Positions 13,631-27,950 are shown, counted from the stretch's first letter. The stretch is DNA of 64,000 bases from Fimbriosthenelais zetlandica (GCA_977030845.1 OZ365112.1:5456001-5520000), one strand, 5' to 3'. Notes: generated by a model not told the origin, from the sequence alone. Numbers and translations are program-made.

Positions 13631-15029
13631 GAGCTCAAATGAGCTGGGATGCCTTCTGGAAATGAGCAAGTAAAAGTCAACCGAAGTCAACCTGATTGGA
13701 TTTATACGTAAAGTGTAGACGTACTGGGGAAAGAGCTATTGCAGTTCTTAAAACATTCACTCTTGTAATTGAGTTTCGTTTTTCATCTTCCCTGCAAATG
13801 AGTTGGGAGTTAAAGAAGCCTGATGGTGCTCTTTAACAATTAATTATAATATGTAATTCTATCCTTGGCAAACCTCATGGATTTGACATTTTGGACCTGT
13901 ACGGAAGGCAAAAAGTAACTTTTTGGATGGATTTTGTATTATATTTTATTTATGCCCGCGGTCATGCAAGTGCTGCATATAAGAGTCAATTCGGTTTGTG
14001 TGTAAATTTATTATGCAAACTTTAAATACTGCATTATATATATGCCTTTGACACTTGTGTCTGACGAGGAAGTGTTAGATACTTAATGTCAATTGAATAT
14101 CAAATTTAATATCAACTGCATCAACAAAACGAATTGTATATTGTGGCTATACAATGGAATAAATCTGTCTGTCTCGATATATCCCGAGAATAATTGCATA
14201 AGACCACAAGGATCTAGTTACAGATCTTAAGTACTGTTCCATCCTTTCAGATTCAAAAGACTAGCTAGTTTATTCATGAGGAGAATAGGAGATGTCGACT
14301 GCAGCCCAACTGGCCCCCCTTGGCTGATAGGCTGGTGCTGCATATAAACCATCCAGTGTATTGCCACTTGAGGTGTACCCTGATAAAAGCACCCCTCTCC
14401 TCTCTCTACGCTAGATGTCCACATAGACATCACAAACCAGCCTCCTTAATGTCTTGACAAAATACATTTGGGTAGGCTGTCCGTTATACATACGATAAAA
14501 GGCTGGGCTATCAGGGGGTCTTACAATAAAAAATACAGTGCATATTCCCATACTCTTACTCTACTTGAATGTTGCATTTCTCATTTTTTTTAGATTGCCC
14601 CCAGGTTTTTACTTGTCGTGTGGCGTGTAAAACATCACAGATCTTCCAATAGTGAATTTTTTTCCTCATGACTGAAGGCCCTGTCTCCAGACCATGCTAT
14701 AAGGCAAACAAATCCCCCTACTCCTGTTTTACCCAGGACGGGCCAGGAATCGAATGGGTGTGAGTGAACTGAAGCTTTTGAGATGGCCTATTCATAGCCT
14801 ACATGGCAACCGGCAATGGCGCCCACTAATGGCGATCTGTGGACACAGCACTTGTCAGTTGTCTTTCCACTAGTGTTCCCACACATGGACAACAAGGGAA
14901 TGGCTTCTTCTCCCAAGCAAAAAAGGAATTATATAATTCAATTTTTAATGGAGGCTGCCAGATTGTCAGGTGGGTTAGCAGGTTGAATAGCCTAAAACAT
15001 TGAGGGCTTTGAAGCCAAAAGAAACTACC

Positions 15030-15230
15030 ATTTTCAGCTACCAACGTGCATCCCCATAAACGCAAAATCCAGAAGGAATAATCATTACCAATATGGAAAC
15101 AAATTGACGTATAAATTAATTTAAAATCTTCTCCTCTTTGGATATTTAACCTGAATATTCCGGTATATATAACGGAGAACAAATTAATGTTGTGCCTATT
15201 ATGAAGCCATATACCCAACAAGTAATATGA
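15030..15230 (+). mobile_element. Possible L1/Tx1-like ORF2 fragment
   Basis: LPIWKQI...SSPLWIFNLNI resembles IWxQI...SPLWxNPNI. Confidence 0.25.
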
Positions 15231-16431
15231 AGGAAGCCATGGAAGAGAGGAGATTCAGTGGTCTACACCCTTGTTTCAATCTCATCAGATATGCACAGGA
15301 TTCTCCCCATATGATGTGAATTATAGATCGGTAATTGAAGCCATAAAGTTGTATTCATGACACCAAATTGGTGTTCACCCTGTCATTGTAGCAGGAGCCC
15401 TGACAAAGCTATACTCCCCATGGTTATTATAGATTTGCATTGTTATACTTACGTTGACATTTTTTCCATATCAAATTGGATTCATTTTTGACGAAATAAA
15501 GAATTATAATTACATTAAGCTTTTGGTTGTTGTTTTCAGCAGACCTTAAGAGACGCTTTCAAAACCATTCTTGTTTCCCGTCATGCTGTGTAGGAAGGAC
15601 CCTTTAATAATGCATCCACCCAAAAATGTTTTTAAATATACTAATACAGTCTCCAGCAAGTCTACCGTCAGCGCTTCTCAACTAAAGCTAGTGCAACATA
15701 ATTGTTCAATTTAAACTAAATTGGCATTCCTTTGTTTTGGCAACTACTTTAAGCAAATGACTCTATACATTCATTCCAATAGGGAGTTAAGAACGCGCAG
15801 ATGCTTCTGTGAAAGCTTTTAATCTGTATTTTGCTACACAGCATCAAGTTGCCACTATATTAATCTAGTTTGTTTATCAAGGGGCATTGGACTATAAATA
15901 ATGCAGGTTTGCCCACCCCCGACCTTTGTGTTTTAGTGAGTGACCCATGTCTTTTATCTTCTCTTCTTTGTAACTCTATTTCAGCTTGGCTGAGTTCGTG
16001 GCGTGATCGGAATGGGCAGCTGGGACGGCGATCCTCAAGGGCGTTTCATAAAAAAAGAAGCGCGCCATTAAGCAATGAGGTGGACAGTGAGCCAATGGTA
16101 AAATAGTTTTCACATCTTGTAATGAGATTCCACTGCTTATCAGGACGCGAAAGAAGTTTCGATCCTTTCTTCAAAATTCATTAAGTTCAGGAATGTTCAC
16201 TTTGGACAGAAATTATTATATTATATTCATATTATATATTGGCTACAGATTAAAGGAAAATATCAATTATAAAAAGTCATAAAAAACGGTATTTTAGGAG
16301 TCAATAAAGACACCCTTGTATAAGTGTTAAGGAATGTCTTCTATGATCAAATTTAGAAGGGAGGAGTCCCATAAGAAAACCTTCAAAGAGGAAGGGAACC
16401 TCAAAGTGTAAAAATGGTAATATATGACACA

Positions 16432-16638
16432 TTAAACACCTATGACAGGGCCTTTCCAGCAGGAGAATCTACCAGATATTTGCACCATGATAACACGCCC
16501 ATAAAACTCCATGTTTGTGGGCATGGGAGAGATTCCTTTCAGTCCAAATGACTTCGCTAAAACGGGGAATTTATAGTGGAGACGGTCTACCATTGCCAGC
16601 TTGGGTGCAGTGGGAGTGAGTTGCTCCCACAAGTTCAC
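16432..16638 (-). mobile_element. Reverse-transcriptase fragment (DIRS-like or Gypsy-like)
   Basis: RLHYKFPVLAKSFGLKGISPMPTNM resembles HYQFxVLPFGL..AP..FTK.M. Confidence 0.35.
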
Positions 16639-17950
16639 GACCTGCTCGTCCTACGAGTCATACCGCCAAACAATAATGTGTCCCTGTCATGTCTCAGGAT
16701 GATTACTCATCAGTGACTTCACAGACATGATACCACATCCCTCCATCTAAAACTATCATACTCTCACTCTATGGTAGGAAGGCTATTATATTCCAGGCCA
16801 AAAGATAGACCTTAATGTATAATTTATGGCATATTTTAGACCACCGGACTGTTAAATATGGACGGTCATATTACATGGTCCTTTGAGGAAGCGACTCTCC
16901 CGTTGAAATAAAGTTTCAGTTGCGCAGAAAGCGCTCTAGACATATCGTGCTTTGGGAGGCTGCTTTTGAGCACTACAACACTGCAATTTACTTGATATGG
17001 TCATGGTGATATTTCCATTGCAAAGCAATCGTGTTCTGCTAACAATGAATATAAAATACTGACATATGTATTTCAAGCATCTTCTGTTAATAAGGCTGGA
17101 AATCTCCCCTGTCACAGACTAATCTGAATCAGAAGAGATGATGTCAGAGATCAGAGAGATCTCCTAGCAAGACCTGCAAGAACGTAGAGTGGAGATGGAC
17201 GACAACATGAAGCTGTAAACTCTTACTTATTCCTTGTTTCCATTCCCAAGGAATAACACAATTAATATCAGGATCACAACCTGTCCGAGACTTGTTCTTC
17301 TATATTAATGGAGTTGACGGGGCTGGTTCTGGAGCGTTCAGTATCAAAATTTTTTCCTCAATTATACTGTACTTTACACTACAGCTAGAAGGAAAAAATC
17401 TATACTACAAATTGTTCTTCTATATTCTTCCTACCAGTCAGAAACATGCATTTTACTATCCACAAGACAAGAACATTTCCTTTGAGTCTGAGTCAATGGA
17501 AGGCTTTTGATTATCTTCCCTAAGCTCTTGCACTGGGTCCCCCATAATGGAAGGGTGGACGGCGGTGAAATAGATGCAGTACATGTATGTTGTAAATAGA
17601 AAAGGCTGCTCTACAGAAGGAAGACGCTGGTATATCATTTCCCTACAGACAAAAGAAGCCTCAGCACCAGTTGATGAGTCCATAATGTTGTCCGTCAGGG
17701 AGTGGAACGTGCAATGGAAAGTCAATACTGACTGAGAGCCCGGTATAAGGGTGAGGGAAGGACCAGACTGGACTGCTTGGAAAATTATTGACCAGAGCTT
17801 ATACATCCAGTCTAAACCCCTACCAGTAAGATTACGTTAAAAATGTCTATCCAAATACTCACTGAAATAATATCAAGCCTTCTATGTAGTTCTACTGAAT
17901 TGTGACATTTCGTCCTAATTGGACCAAGTATTTAACGTGTTTGAGACTAA

Positions 17951-18155
17951 AACCGGGACTCCACTACTGTGATTTTGCTTGCGACACTACTGCGATGATG
18001 CTTGTGAAGTTGTGTAAGAATAAAATTGATAAATTTTAATTCAAGTGTCCAAGGCCTTAAGGCCGTCCTCCAATGGTACATTTAGCATTGAAACACAAGC
18101 ATCACCTTTGTCGCAGACGTGTCGCAAACAAAATCGCAGCAGTGGAGTCCCGGCA
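17951..18155 (-). mobile_element. PIF/Harbinger-type MITE, family A copy 3
   Basis: 205 bp, same family, 6 bp deletion in one TIR. TAA on both flanks (17948-17950, 18156-18158). Confidence 0.92.
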
Positions 18156-19029
18156 TAACTATAGCATCATTGTACTACTACTGCATATCAACAGACATTT
18201 TAGCTAGTAAAAATAAACAACTCAATAAATTTGACAGGTTGATGAGGTTGTTGAATAAGAATATTATCTCTCCTAAGCCTCGGGTGGACTGGATGTATAC
18301 ATGGATAAGGCATGATATAAGGAACATCTTAATAATGATGTGATGATCTATACCTGTGTAGGATACTGCTGAGCTCCATTCACATTGTATTACCAGACAA
18401 TGACAGATGCGCATCTCCTGTTCCTCTACACGGCATAGTGATGTATTAGTAGGTAGTTAAGCATCTGTTTTTCTCCCAGCTTCACCCCTCTCGGACAGTA
18501 CAATGATCTATGGGAACCCATCTCGCCTTTCCCCTTTTGATATCAAACACCAATAGCTTGGGTCACACAAATTCCACATTTGTCTTCCACTGGAGGTGAA
18601 AAGTGCTGGGCTGGGGATGTTGTGGATGGCCGCCAGGTGGTTCATATACTCACTGACCTGACACGGCAATTATTAGACCTGGGACTGGTTCACTCTCATC
18701 AGTCTTATATAAACCCTTCATGCGTTTGCCCATGTTTAAATATCCTCAAATAGGGACAAATTAATACTGGTTGAAAACAGATGGTTGGGACAGACAGGAT
18801 AGAATTCAGCAAATTTAAAAAAAACACTTAAATGTGTCAATTTTAACCACTACTTATGACTGTCCTTTATTGGAATGCGTTCCATTCTCCTAGAAAATTT
18901 TTGGCAAAAGAGACCACGCCACAGGATCATATCATGTTGGTAATGTTCTTCTTTGTCCACGACTTTCCTTATTCTGGTCAAGTACATCCAGTACATGCTC
19001 TCCATTATTGAGGGATTATTCAGCTTGAC

Positions 19030-19800
19030 CAAAGGTCACTTCAGACTGACCCACAGCCTGACCAGGATCTCTAGTGACTTGTAAGAGGCAAGCTCGAGCT
19101 TGTACATGTCTTTGATCATTCCTTTTACAACCCAACCTTCAAATTTAACAGATATTTCTATGAATACTGAAGCAGTGAAAATACCACAAGTAGCTGTTGC
19201 ATGGAGCAATGTCTTAAAGGGCTGTACACACATGCTAGAGCCCTGTTCAGTAGTATATTTTCATTATCTGCCTCTTTTCAGACCAAAAGAAGTGTGCGGC
19301 CCATATCTGTACCACTTTAAGGACCCAGTATCGAATTTAGTCTGGCTCTAAAGGGACCAAGGGATGATTGCTTTCCCAGACCAACTGTTGAATATGATCA
19401 TGCACTAGACTTGCTTTGTCCTCAAATAAAAGAATACCTTTGGGAGACGTAGGGCCATGTCTAAAGCTGAGTAGGTGGATTGCCTGGCTATTATTGCCCA
19501 GCTCTACGGGATAACCCGATAAATCGACACCCACGACTAAATGGAACGAATTTCATATTAAAAAAAAGATATTATCTCTTATGAAAACGATGTTCCGATT
19601 ATCTGGCGTAGTTCAGACGATATCCACCTTTTCTATGATGGTCTATAAAGGAATCCCCTCCAGTTATCGCTTGGAATTTACTTTAGTAGAGTCAATACAT
19701 AAGACAAGATATCCAGGGAAGGAGCAGAATCCATTGTCCTGATTGTCTGTCTCTGTTCTAACCTCAGACTCACTACTCTATATCTCAGCTGTGTATATAC
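19030..19800 (-). mobile_element. Decayed DIRS1-type tyrosine recombinase remnant
   Basis: LGNNSQAIHLLS (cf. TGQRxQTIHLL), LLFEDKASL, VCTAL*D, KDMYKL, KSLEILVRLW. A possible RT trace (PFKMNSI) lies upstream at about 20420-20440. Confidence 0.5.
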
Positions 19801-21199
19801 CCCTCCCGCTCGACTCCAAATCACCGAGGACTTGTATATAACCTATCACCTTCTATGCTCTCCAAATCTGTCATTTACTGCAGATTCCCCCATTTATTTC
19901 CCAAGGGTTCAGTGTCTACAGTACAGCCTTTAGAACAAACCATACATAGGTGTCTCTGTCCCTAAGGTCTGCCTTTCAAGAACAACTTTTCTGAGTAGAT
20001 CTGATCAGGTCGAAGACTATGGCCTTCAATTCGAGACAGTGTCGTTTCCTTCTGTAACAAAGGAAAGGAGATTTGGTTTTTAATTGTTTTAGTTTAAACT
20101 GGATGCTAGGCTGATACTTGCCAACGTAAAAGACACTGTCTCATTCATCAAGGCATGACATTTCAACAGATAATGCTTCCTAAAGTCGGACTAGAATCAA
20201 GTATAATTGAATGGGATTCTATATGAATCATTTATCTATTCACATCTTAAGAAAGTCTCTAAGGTCATTAGTGTGATATGCAACGACGCCAAAAGCAAGT
20301 AAACTGACTTGGAGGACTTGGGGCAAAACGTAATGTAATGTCAATAAAAATGTTAATATGTTATATGATAAGCAGGCATTGGTCCGTTCAAGATTTTCCA
20401 TAATAAGTTGAATGCAAATACTATTCATTTTAAAAGGTGATTGCACAATTTTAAGCACAGATTTTGTAAACATTTGTCATAGGATTTCGTATCAACCATC
20501 TCTCCCCAGGAATCCGTTTCTCCCTTTAATTTCTTTGTAGAGACATTTAGGATATAGGTCTATAGAGAATAAGCTAGCAGCTTGGCAAAGATAATGAATG
20601 CCATTAAATCCTATTTAAGAAGGGACTAAATGCCATCCTAAAGAATTCATTTTCCCTAATAATGTCCAAATCGTTTCAGATGACAAGTGCTAAACAACTT
20701 CATTTTCCATTCCAACATCCGAGGCCCTAAAGGATTGGCCTTGGGAATTGTGAAATACAAGTTTCAGATTTGGAATATCATGGGATTGGAGAAGCTTATA
20801 GAGTAAGATTATCAATCTGGAGAGTTTCCTACATAATACGATTGCTGTCAGTTCTTTAGTGAAGAAGAAGGGATTAGGAAACAGGGAATCTCATTAGAGA
20901 GACATGCCAGGAGGGAATTTCATATCCGACTGTCAAGAAAATAAGAAAATCCCGCTTCATTAACTCCCAAACCACATGTAAAATGCAAATCATGATAAAC
21001 CCCGTTTTTATGAACAGCTCTTGTTTTTGGTGACACCTCACCGAGGTGGTGGTTTGATTTTTCTCTCCATGGAGGGGAGTGCCAGAGAGAATGCCACCAA
21101 AGAACATTCGAACCGGATACCAAAAATGGGCAGGTATTAAAGGGCCTGCTTCAATTGGAATGTCAGAATGAGAAATAATACTGCTCATCATCGAGCACG

Positions 21200-21760
21200 T
21201 TTCAATGTGACTATTTAAGAGACATTTTAGCATGGATCCTTTTGGATTATTGTTAACTATTACAGCATTAGAAAAGGAACTACTAGAAGCAACAGATGCA
21301 AGTTTGCAGCATCTGCTGAGGGAGGTTGGTTACCTCGACAGCAGAACACAGCACAAAAACACTGACCAGCCTGTTGAACATTTAAAACTGGACAGGGCAG
21401 GGCTGTACCATGTTGCCTCTGACCGGCCTTCCATGCATTTACACGGGGAGTCAACCATCCCATTCATCACAGCACCCATGCTATATGTATTCTTTAAATT
21501 GTTCTTGGCAAGTTCCACTTGTAAATTGCCGCAAACACGGCCACTCTCTGGTATATGTTGCAAGTCTTCTTGAAAACACTAACTCAAGTGTATATGCAGC
21601 TCTCATTTCATGAATTTTAATCACAATTTCCGTTGATATAATAGTCTAGCAAATTGCTGGTAGGATCATTGAATGCGAGAGGGATATTTTGTGCTCATGT
21701 GGCTTATATGCTAATGACCCGCCTTGGGTATGCTTGTGAGGGATACTCGAGTTGGCATGG
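21200..21760 (+). mobile_element. Decayed DIRS1-type RNase H and MT remnant
   Basis: LLEATDASLQ (TDASL), AALIS*ILITISVD (cf. AAHIPGILNTIAD), LMTRLGYACEGYSSW (cf. LFASRLNxQLPRYVSW, same spacing). Confidence 0.6.
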
Positions 21761-21885
21761 GACCAAGAGACGAGTTTCTAACTTTCCCATGGGATCTCTA
21801 CCAATACCAAATGTGTTTTTGTGCCACTGTGCATCATAGTCTATGGCAATTTGTGTAAAATTTTGCACATCAAAAGCGTCCCTAA

Positions 21886-22017
21886 CAGGGCCAGATCCAG
21901 GGGTGGGTTATGAGGGTTGCAACCCAACCCACCCTCTTTAAAAAATCTCAACAAAACGGGGGGAAAGAAAGGAGAATGATGACTGCAACCATCCTTTAAA
22001 AACCTCTATGCGGCCTG
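21886..22017. mobile_element. Degenerate hAT-like MITE
   Basis: Starts CAGGGCCAGATCCAGGGG and ends with a decayed complementary terminus (...CTCTATGCGGCCTG), resembling the common CAGGGGCGGATCCAGG...CTGGATCCGCCCCTG short elements. No clear TSD. Confidence 0.4.
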
Positions 22018-22279
22018 CATACTGAGTGAGCATGGGGAATTCTTCACCACACAAATTATATGGAGGGAACAATGCCTATAGATATATTCTCGGACATTTC
22101 CACTTGAATTCCCAGGCATTTCATGGGAAGAGTTACACTAACAATAGAAATGTTCCACTGCGAACTGTTAACCATCCCTCCCATAGCAAGTGCACAAGGT
22201 TTAGTTATTAGCCACCCAAACAGGCAGGAATGTGTTCGAAATTGCCAGCGTTTTAAGAAATGGGAGTAATGTCTTCTAA

Positions 22280-22410
22280 ATAGCCGCCGTTTGCGATCTA
22301 TCAGATGGCACTAGAGGCCACTTAGATCACATGGTCGTGACAACAGCCAATCAGCAATGACCTTTGGCTTTTTGTTGCCATTAAAAGGCACTTCCTCTCC
22401 CGGTCCCATT
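22280..22410. promoter_or_regulatory. CTCF-like site with CCAAT/E-box/ETS motifs
   Basis: CTATCAGATGGCACTA (12/14 to CCASYAGRKGGCRS), CACATG, GCCAATCAG and CACTTCC. Confidence 0.35.
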
Positions 22411-23079
22411 CATGGCATCCACTTGTCTAAAATAAGGCAGAGTGACATTTTATGCACGATTAAAGCAAGCCAGGGAATGGGGTAAATGCATTGTGAAAAA
22501 TGGGAAACATTATTCAAGTATTAGTTCTAATACTCTTGATCAAACTTTTTTCTAATTATCAATAGGTTTTCCTATTTGTCAGACAGACCAATAAACATTG
22601 GAAATTAATTTTCATATTCTTCATGATTAGCTTAACACATATACATCATGGCAATATTGCCATTGTATTTGCTCTTCATTTCACGGAACCACAGTCTGTT
22701 CTAAATACACTTAGTCAGCACATTGTCAAGGGAAATATGTACAATATGTCAACTCTAATTGTGTGCTTCAATTGAAATGACCTTTTACATTTTACTGCTT
22801 ATTAATATTTAACAGGGGCAAGTAAGCACTAATAGAGCTTCAGTGACAATACTGTCTAGTTCTATACTATGTGCCAACATTATTCAGAGTGCAACTCCAC
22901 AAGGCAACCTCTGATGCATGTATTGGCCTTAATGCATGATGGCATGGAATATGGATCCTTCCATCTTCGCTAATGCCATTGACCTGTCTGGAGGGCGTCA
23001 TAAAACCATCTAATTAGATGAGGAGAGAGGGGCTTTCCACTTGCAGCAACCTATAATCTGGACTGATCATAACTGATCA

Positions 23080-26000
23080 TAGCCTCTAGGTTGTATCAAT
23101 GTGCATCAGCGCTATTGTTATCTGTTTATTTGTCTGGTATGCCACAATGGTGTCAACAGATCGGGGCTGGAGCACCCAATCTAATACTATGCATCATTTA
23201 TGTTTACTAGCAGACTCCTAGCTGGGATAAAGTGATTTATAAGCCCATTATCGAATATAAAGCACTATTTAATATGCCAGTCTTCATATTGGTTCCTTTA
23301 TAAACCAGGGTTCCTTCCTCTAATTCTGATTTTTGCACTAAAGCAGTATTTAGTATTTAATTACGGTATATATAGTGCTTTCTTTATGGGTAAACTGCTC
23401 GGATCAGGCAAGGATACAAGGTATCTATTGGCAATTATCATTCATAAAATATCTTTCTCCTCTTAAAGCCTGACATTCCCAAAGCCTTGGAGCTTATAAT
23501 TGCTATATCTCATTGCCTGCAAATATTATACTTGGCAGTAAGGCTGTACAAGAAGCCATTTTGCAGATAGCTGGCGAGCCCTCCACCAAGACACAGTGCT
23601 GAATAGGATTTGTGTTATAAATTGGGTCATTTAGAGAAATAAAAATAAACCAGAAAGGCCTCTTCGTGATCACACATCCTCTCCACAGTCTTACTGCCAA
23701 TCACTGTCAAAATGATGATCACAAATAATCTAAGATTAAGAGCTTGAGGGGGGACGATCGAGCGATGCTCCAAAGGAGACCTACATGCATGGGCAAACGG
23801 TGTGACTAAAGGGTCACCTAACGTGGGATGTGCCATTTGGAGACTGCCGTGATGGTTAAGAAAACAAAGGCCAAATTAAAGGAAAATAAAAAGCAGCTAA
23901 TCCATTTGCATGCTAGTGGCTCTGTGCGTGACGTCTGGCGCAGGCCCGGCCTTAGTCATAGCCAGACCTGCTCCGATGTGTTGTCCATGCCATAAAGGGA
24001 ATGGAAGACTTCAGTAGTGAGACAGGAATAAATATTGACCGTCCTCTATTCAACTAGTAATCATCTTTCATATGTGACACAACCATACTCATTTTTAGCA
24101 ATATCCATAATCGATTTAAGTTCTATAAGAAACGTTTCCTACTGTACTTTTAAGGTAAGTTTTCATAACAGATTCTAATATTTCCTGCCCTAACTTGATG
24201 GCTGCCTTCTCGTTTAGAAGTGGCCTTGGGCTGTTTTAAAAGGTCAAAGTCCGACCAAGATTTAGCCCAAAGTACTTGCACTTTTGTTGATTTCTGTTCA
24301 TTTGTGCAAGCGATGAAAATGCATTAATGTCAGAAGAGCAGGCAACTAATTGCTTGTATGAATCCAAGATCTTGAAATACATAGAAGACCTCTGAATGAA
24401 CTGCATAGAATCCAGACTGAGTTAATTTACCTACTGTATAGATAAGAAAGCCCCTTACAAGTTCCACCCCATACAATTGATCTAAGTTTCTTAGCGTACT
24501 GACGCATATTCAGTTTTTCTATGGGTATCATTGAATGTAATGTTAAAACAGTAGTATATATGGTGAGTTCACTGATTTCAATCAGTGCCTTGCCTTGGGA
24601 GGCACAGAAGAGAAAATGGAACTCATTGCTTCATACGTGACTGTATGATCTAAATATGACCATTACGTTTATTTTATGCCACAAAGAAATGGACTTCATT
24701 TGCCCTCATTCTATAGCAATGCCCTATGCCATAAAAACACTTTTTAATCATACTACATCTCCTAGGAGAGTATCACTGTATTCTATGGGATTTTGTTTCT
24801 GATTGGATAAAATAAAACAAAATAGTTCTGGAAGAACAGGAGGCACTGCATAGGAAGAGGGAAAGGACATCATTGGAATGGTCCTGAGGACAGAATCCTG
24901 GCCAAATGACAAGTTTCATTAGTGGGCAAACCCATCAGGGCATGGCACTATCTAATCGCACCGCCATAAGGCCTCCTCTACACTCCAACTTCTGAGGGAT
25001 ATCATAAAAATGAGACTGCTACAGTAAACCAACTCCCATAGGGTATAGTCCCAGGGAATTAGCACTGCACGACCTATCGATTTGTTGTGATTTGTCCTGT
25101 CAAAGCCAAGATCTATGCTTTTCTAGGGGCACTAGTTCAGGGCATGGGGAAGACTTGAGCTTGACTTGAGCATTGCAATCGGAAGCCGTTGAGTGATTGG
25201 AGTGGGAGGGAGAGATGGAAAGGGAGGGAGACTGTGAATGGGTAGGCTTCACTATATAGAGAATCTATATTTAGACTGGGAAAAGATGGCAAGAGTTTCT
25301 AGCCTACTAGAGGTCAGCCAACCTGTGTTTCCCTAGGCGGTAGCGGGAGGCATCAAACACGTGTGTGTAGTAGTTGCTTCGTGAAAGCCTTTGGGGGTAC
25401 TCTTCTGTCTGAACATTTCTATTTTACTATATTTATTATCTGTGAAACTACAAACGTCTGCAGAATGTAATGGGCATTATTGGAATTATATCCATCGACA
25501 ATTTCTTCTTTTTGTAGGAAAATTCTCTGCCGAGACGAAGGGATACGTTTAAATGAAAACCAGTAATTATAAGATAAATCTTTGGGTGAAATATCTATCC
25601 CATTGGAAAAGCCGTTTCATGATAAGAGGGTAGTGCCCCCAAGGATGGTCAGGAGGTTGGGGGAAGACCAGGAAGACTGCCTGGCTGCTCCTAATTGCTT
25701 CCAGGCCATCTCCATACCAGCTCTCGGCAGAAGGTCATGGCTGACCCTTTCTTTGATCGAAGCCCACCGATCCTTCACTCTATAGAAAAGGGTTCAAGTC
25801 AATGGTATTTAACATGGCAGCTATGTTAAATAGGGGTTGCGGGCACATGGAAACCCTGAACCCTACGGCATAACATTTGGGTCGTTGACCCTGCTTTAAA
25901 ATAAACCATTAGGGATAGGATAATGCATTCTAGTGACAAATGCAATTTAGGTCAGTATACCTCCAGCGAATCATTATGGTCGGAGGTAAAATGCTAAGTA

Positions 26001-26420
26001 CCCTTTAGGACCATTAAGACAAATAGATGGTCGGCATCCATTTTGGGATCTGAACATGAAGGCCGAGCGACAAGTGGGTTGACAAAATAGGTGTCCCGAC
26101 CAAATTAGAGACATGCTTTTATTATAGGCGAGCGATTGCAAACATTGCTCGTTTGTCACAGACACATTTCCCTCTGAGGAAAGAAAGATTAGGTTGCCCG
26201 CACCTCTAAAGTGGTTAATAGGCGAGACAAGAAGTAGTCCATGACACGATCTGTCACTACCAGTAAGGGGAGTAGAACTATGTATAGCAGTTGACATTGA
26301 CAATGCCTGAATGGTGAAGCCAGACTGTGGGATACCCACCAGCTCCATGGCTCCTATCTAAAGCCATTGCAAAGTGGATTCTGTAACGACTTAAGTGAGT
26401 ACTTTGTAGCGAGTAGCTGA
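23080..26420 (-). mobile_element. Decayed DIRS1-type element, RH-MT-YR (interrupted)
   Basis: STLQWL*...GIP, LTGSDRSCHG and PINHF (RH start, 26400-26200); LEAIRSSQAVFLVFPQPPDHPW (MT end, 25640-25705); LGDPLVTPF and SIVPPQALNL (YR, 23730-23820); VLVEGSPAICKMAS; HSIR...CGIP (HxxR, near 23140-23190). An RT-thumb-like LQLLQVICHILGCVP lies upstream at 27290-27340. Confidence 0.62.
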
Positions 26421-27950
26421 ACAGAGATGGCCCACTGCCTCCAGCTATCTAAAGGCACTTAGTACAACCCAAATGGCTTAGTGGTGATATGGGGAATTGG
26501 GGCTTTTCTTCAGGTGTAAGGCAGAATACCTTTGTGTAACAAAGGTTCGAGCTAGATACTGGGGACAAGTAGGCCACCGTACGGTAATTTGAATACTGCT
26601 TTATTTATGCATTAGAGATACAATTGACATTAATTCTATATTGTATTTATCATTTGCTTACAATAAAGATGCATTGCATGATATTGAAAGGGTAAATTTC
26701 TCCAAATGATTGGATTGATTGAATGGGGTTTAACGTCACTTTCAACAATTTTTCAGTTATTTTCTTCAAATGTGTTATGGATCTAGAGGTACATATTAAA
26801 ATACTGCTTACGTTCTTTTGTATGCTCCAGAACAACAAATAACCTCTTTCACAGGTTCACTAGGTTCCTCCATATTATGGACAAATTAACGGTAAAGGCA
26901 CTACAGGTAATTATAAATAGCAATCTAACCCATCAAGTAGTCGAGGCACAACCCCAATCTTGCAATGGAACACCAAATCCATGGAAACAAACTTCTTTCG
27001 AACGGACCTGCTCATTTTAGTATCGAAGGACTCAAGACGTTCATGAATTTTTAACCCCTTTGGCATCAATTTGACAATAGCTAGTTATGCCTCCATTCAA
27101 AAATCACCTCATAAGCTGAGGGATGACACATTGCCAGCAATTGGGGAAGCATTGGGCCTTGCCGTTTTCAATTGACTTTGGCAATTTCCAAGTAGTGGGC
27201 ACAGACCGGGGTGAGCTTTGACACCTCCATTACCTTATTGGTCGGGGTTGACAAAATGGCCTTCACAAAACGAGATAGGCCCAAGACCCATCCATTGAGG
27301 AACACATCCCAGTATGTGACAAATTACCTGAAGCAACTGCAAACACGGCTCCAAAGCAACATAACGTGTGTTTCTGTAATAAGCTCTGCCATCGGGGCAG
27401 AAAGAAACAAGGTTGTAATCAGTCGGACTTCGTGACAAAACCGGCATGCATACAAAAAGTGGAAGTCAAGAATGCTGCAGCAAATAATGAGACAGCCTGT
27501 TATTAAATGTCCTCATTTTCAGGGTAAAATAATTGACGTTTCAGGTTAAAAAGGAATTTTCAATTATTTTGTTCATCTGCCAAGTCCCATTGGTTTGGTG
27601 CGGAAGAAGTGACTTGGTTAAAGTGTGATTCACTTGGGCTGATGGATTTTATGCCTGTCCTTTTCAGCGGACTGGACAGACAATCAGATTGTATTATTTT
27701 CTTATCTTCATCCTGGCTTAATGTCACTTTTTACAGATAAACTCTACATGGAGAGAGCCGGACCCTCCCCTGAGACCTTCTGAGACTGGCCATTTGGCTA
27801 CTTAAGCATAATTAACCCGTCCTAGTTTCTTAAATGGTGGATCTATATGGGTGATCTAGATAGCGTTGTTTCATGGAATCAAATAGAGCGGAAACACAAT
27901 GCTAATACAACCGACTGGCTTTTATAAATTTTCATATTTTTTCTGTGTGA

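Noticed and set aside
14045-14095. Penelope-type hammerhead ribozyme (CTGACGAG GAAGT...ACTT...TGTCAA)
   Set aside because: The essential GAAA core and the UH cleavage triplet are missing. At most a dead relic.
14227-14433. DIRS RT N-terminus (VERGEGCFY...SPILLMNKL)
   Set aside because: The motif spacing is too long. Left uncalled.
17456-17806. 116 aa ORF as a host exon
   Set aside because: No family similarity, no convincing splice boundaries and no partner exons.
19337-19534. Retroviral/Gypsy integrase start (VGVDL...)
   Set aside because: Downstream integrase motifs (DQGxEF, YHPQxNG) are absent, and the same frame fits YR motifs (QAIHLLS, FEDK).
26473-26555. Pol III A-box (TGGCTTAGTGG) and B-box-like GGTTCGAG as a tRNA/SINE
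   Set aside because: No cloverleaf, an imperfect B-box, and the region abuts a DIRS remnant on the other strand.
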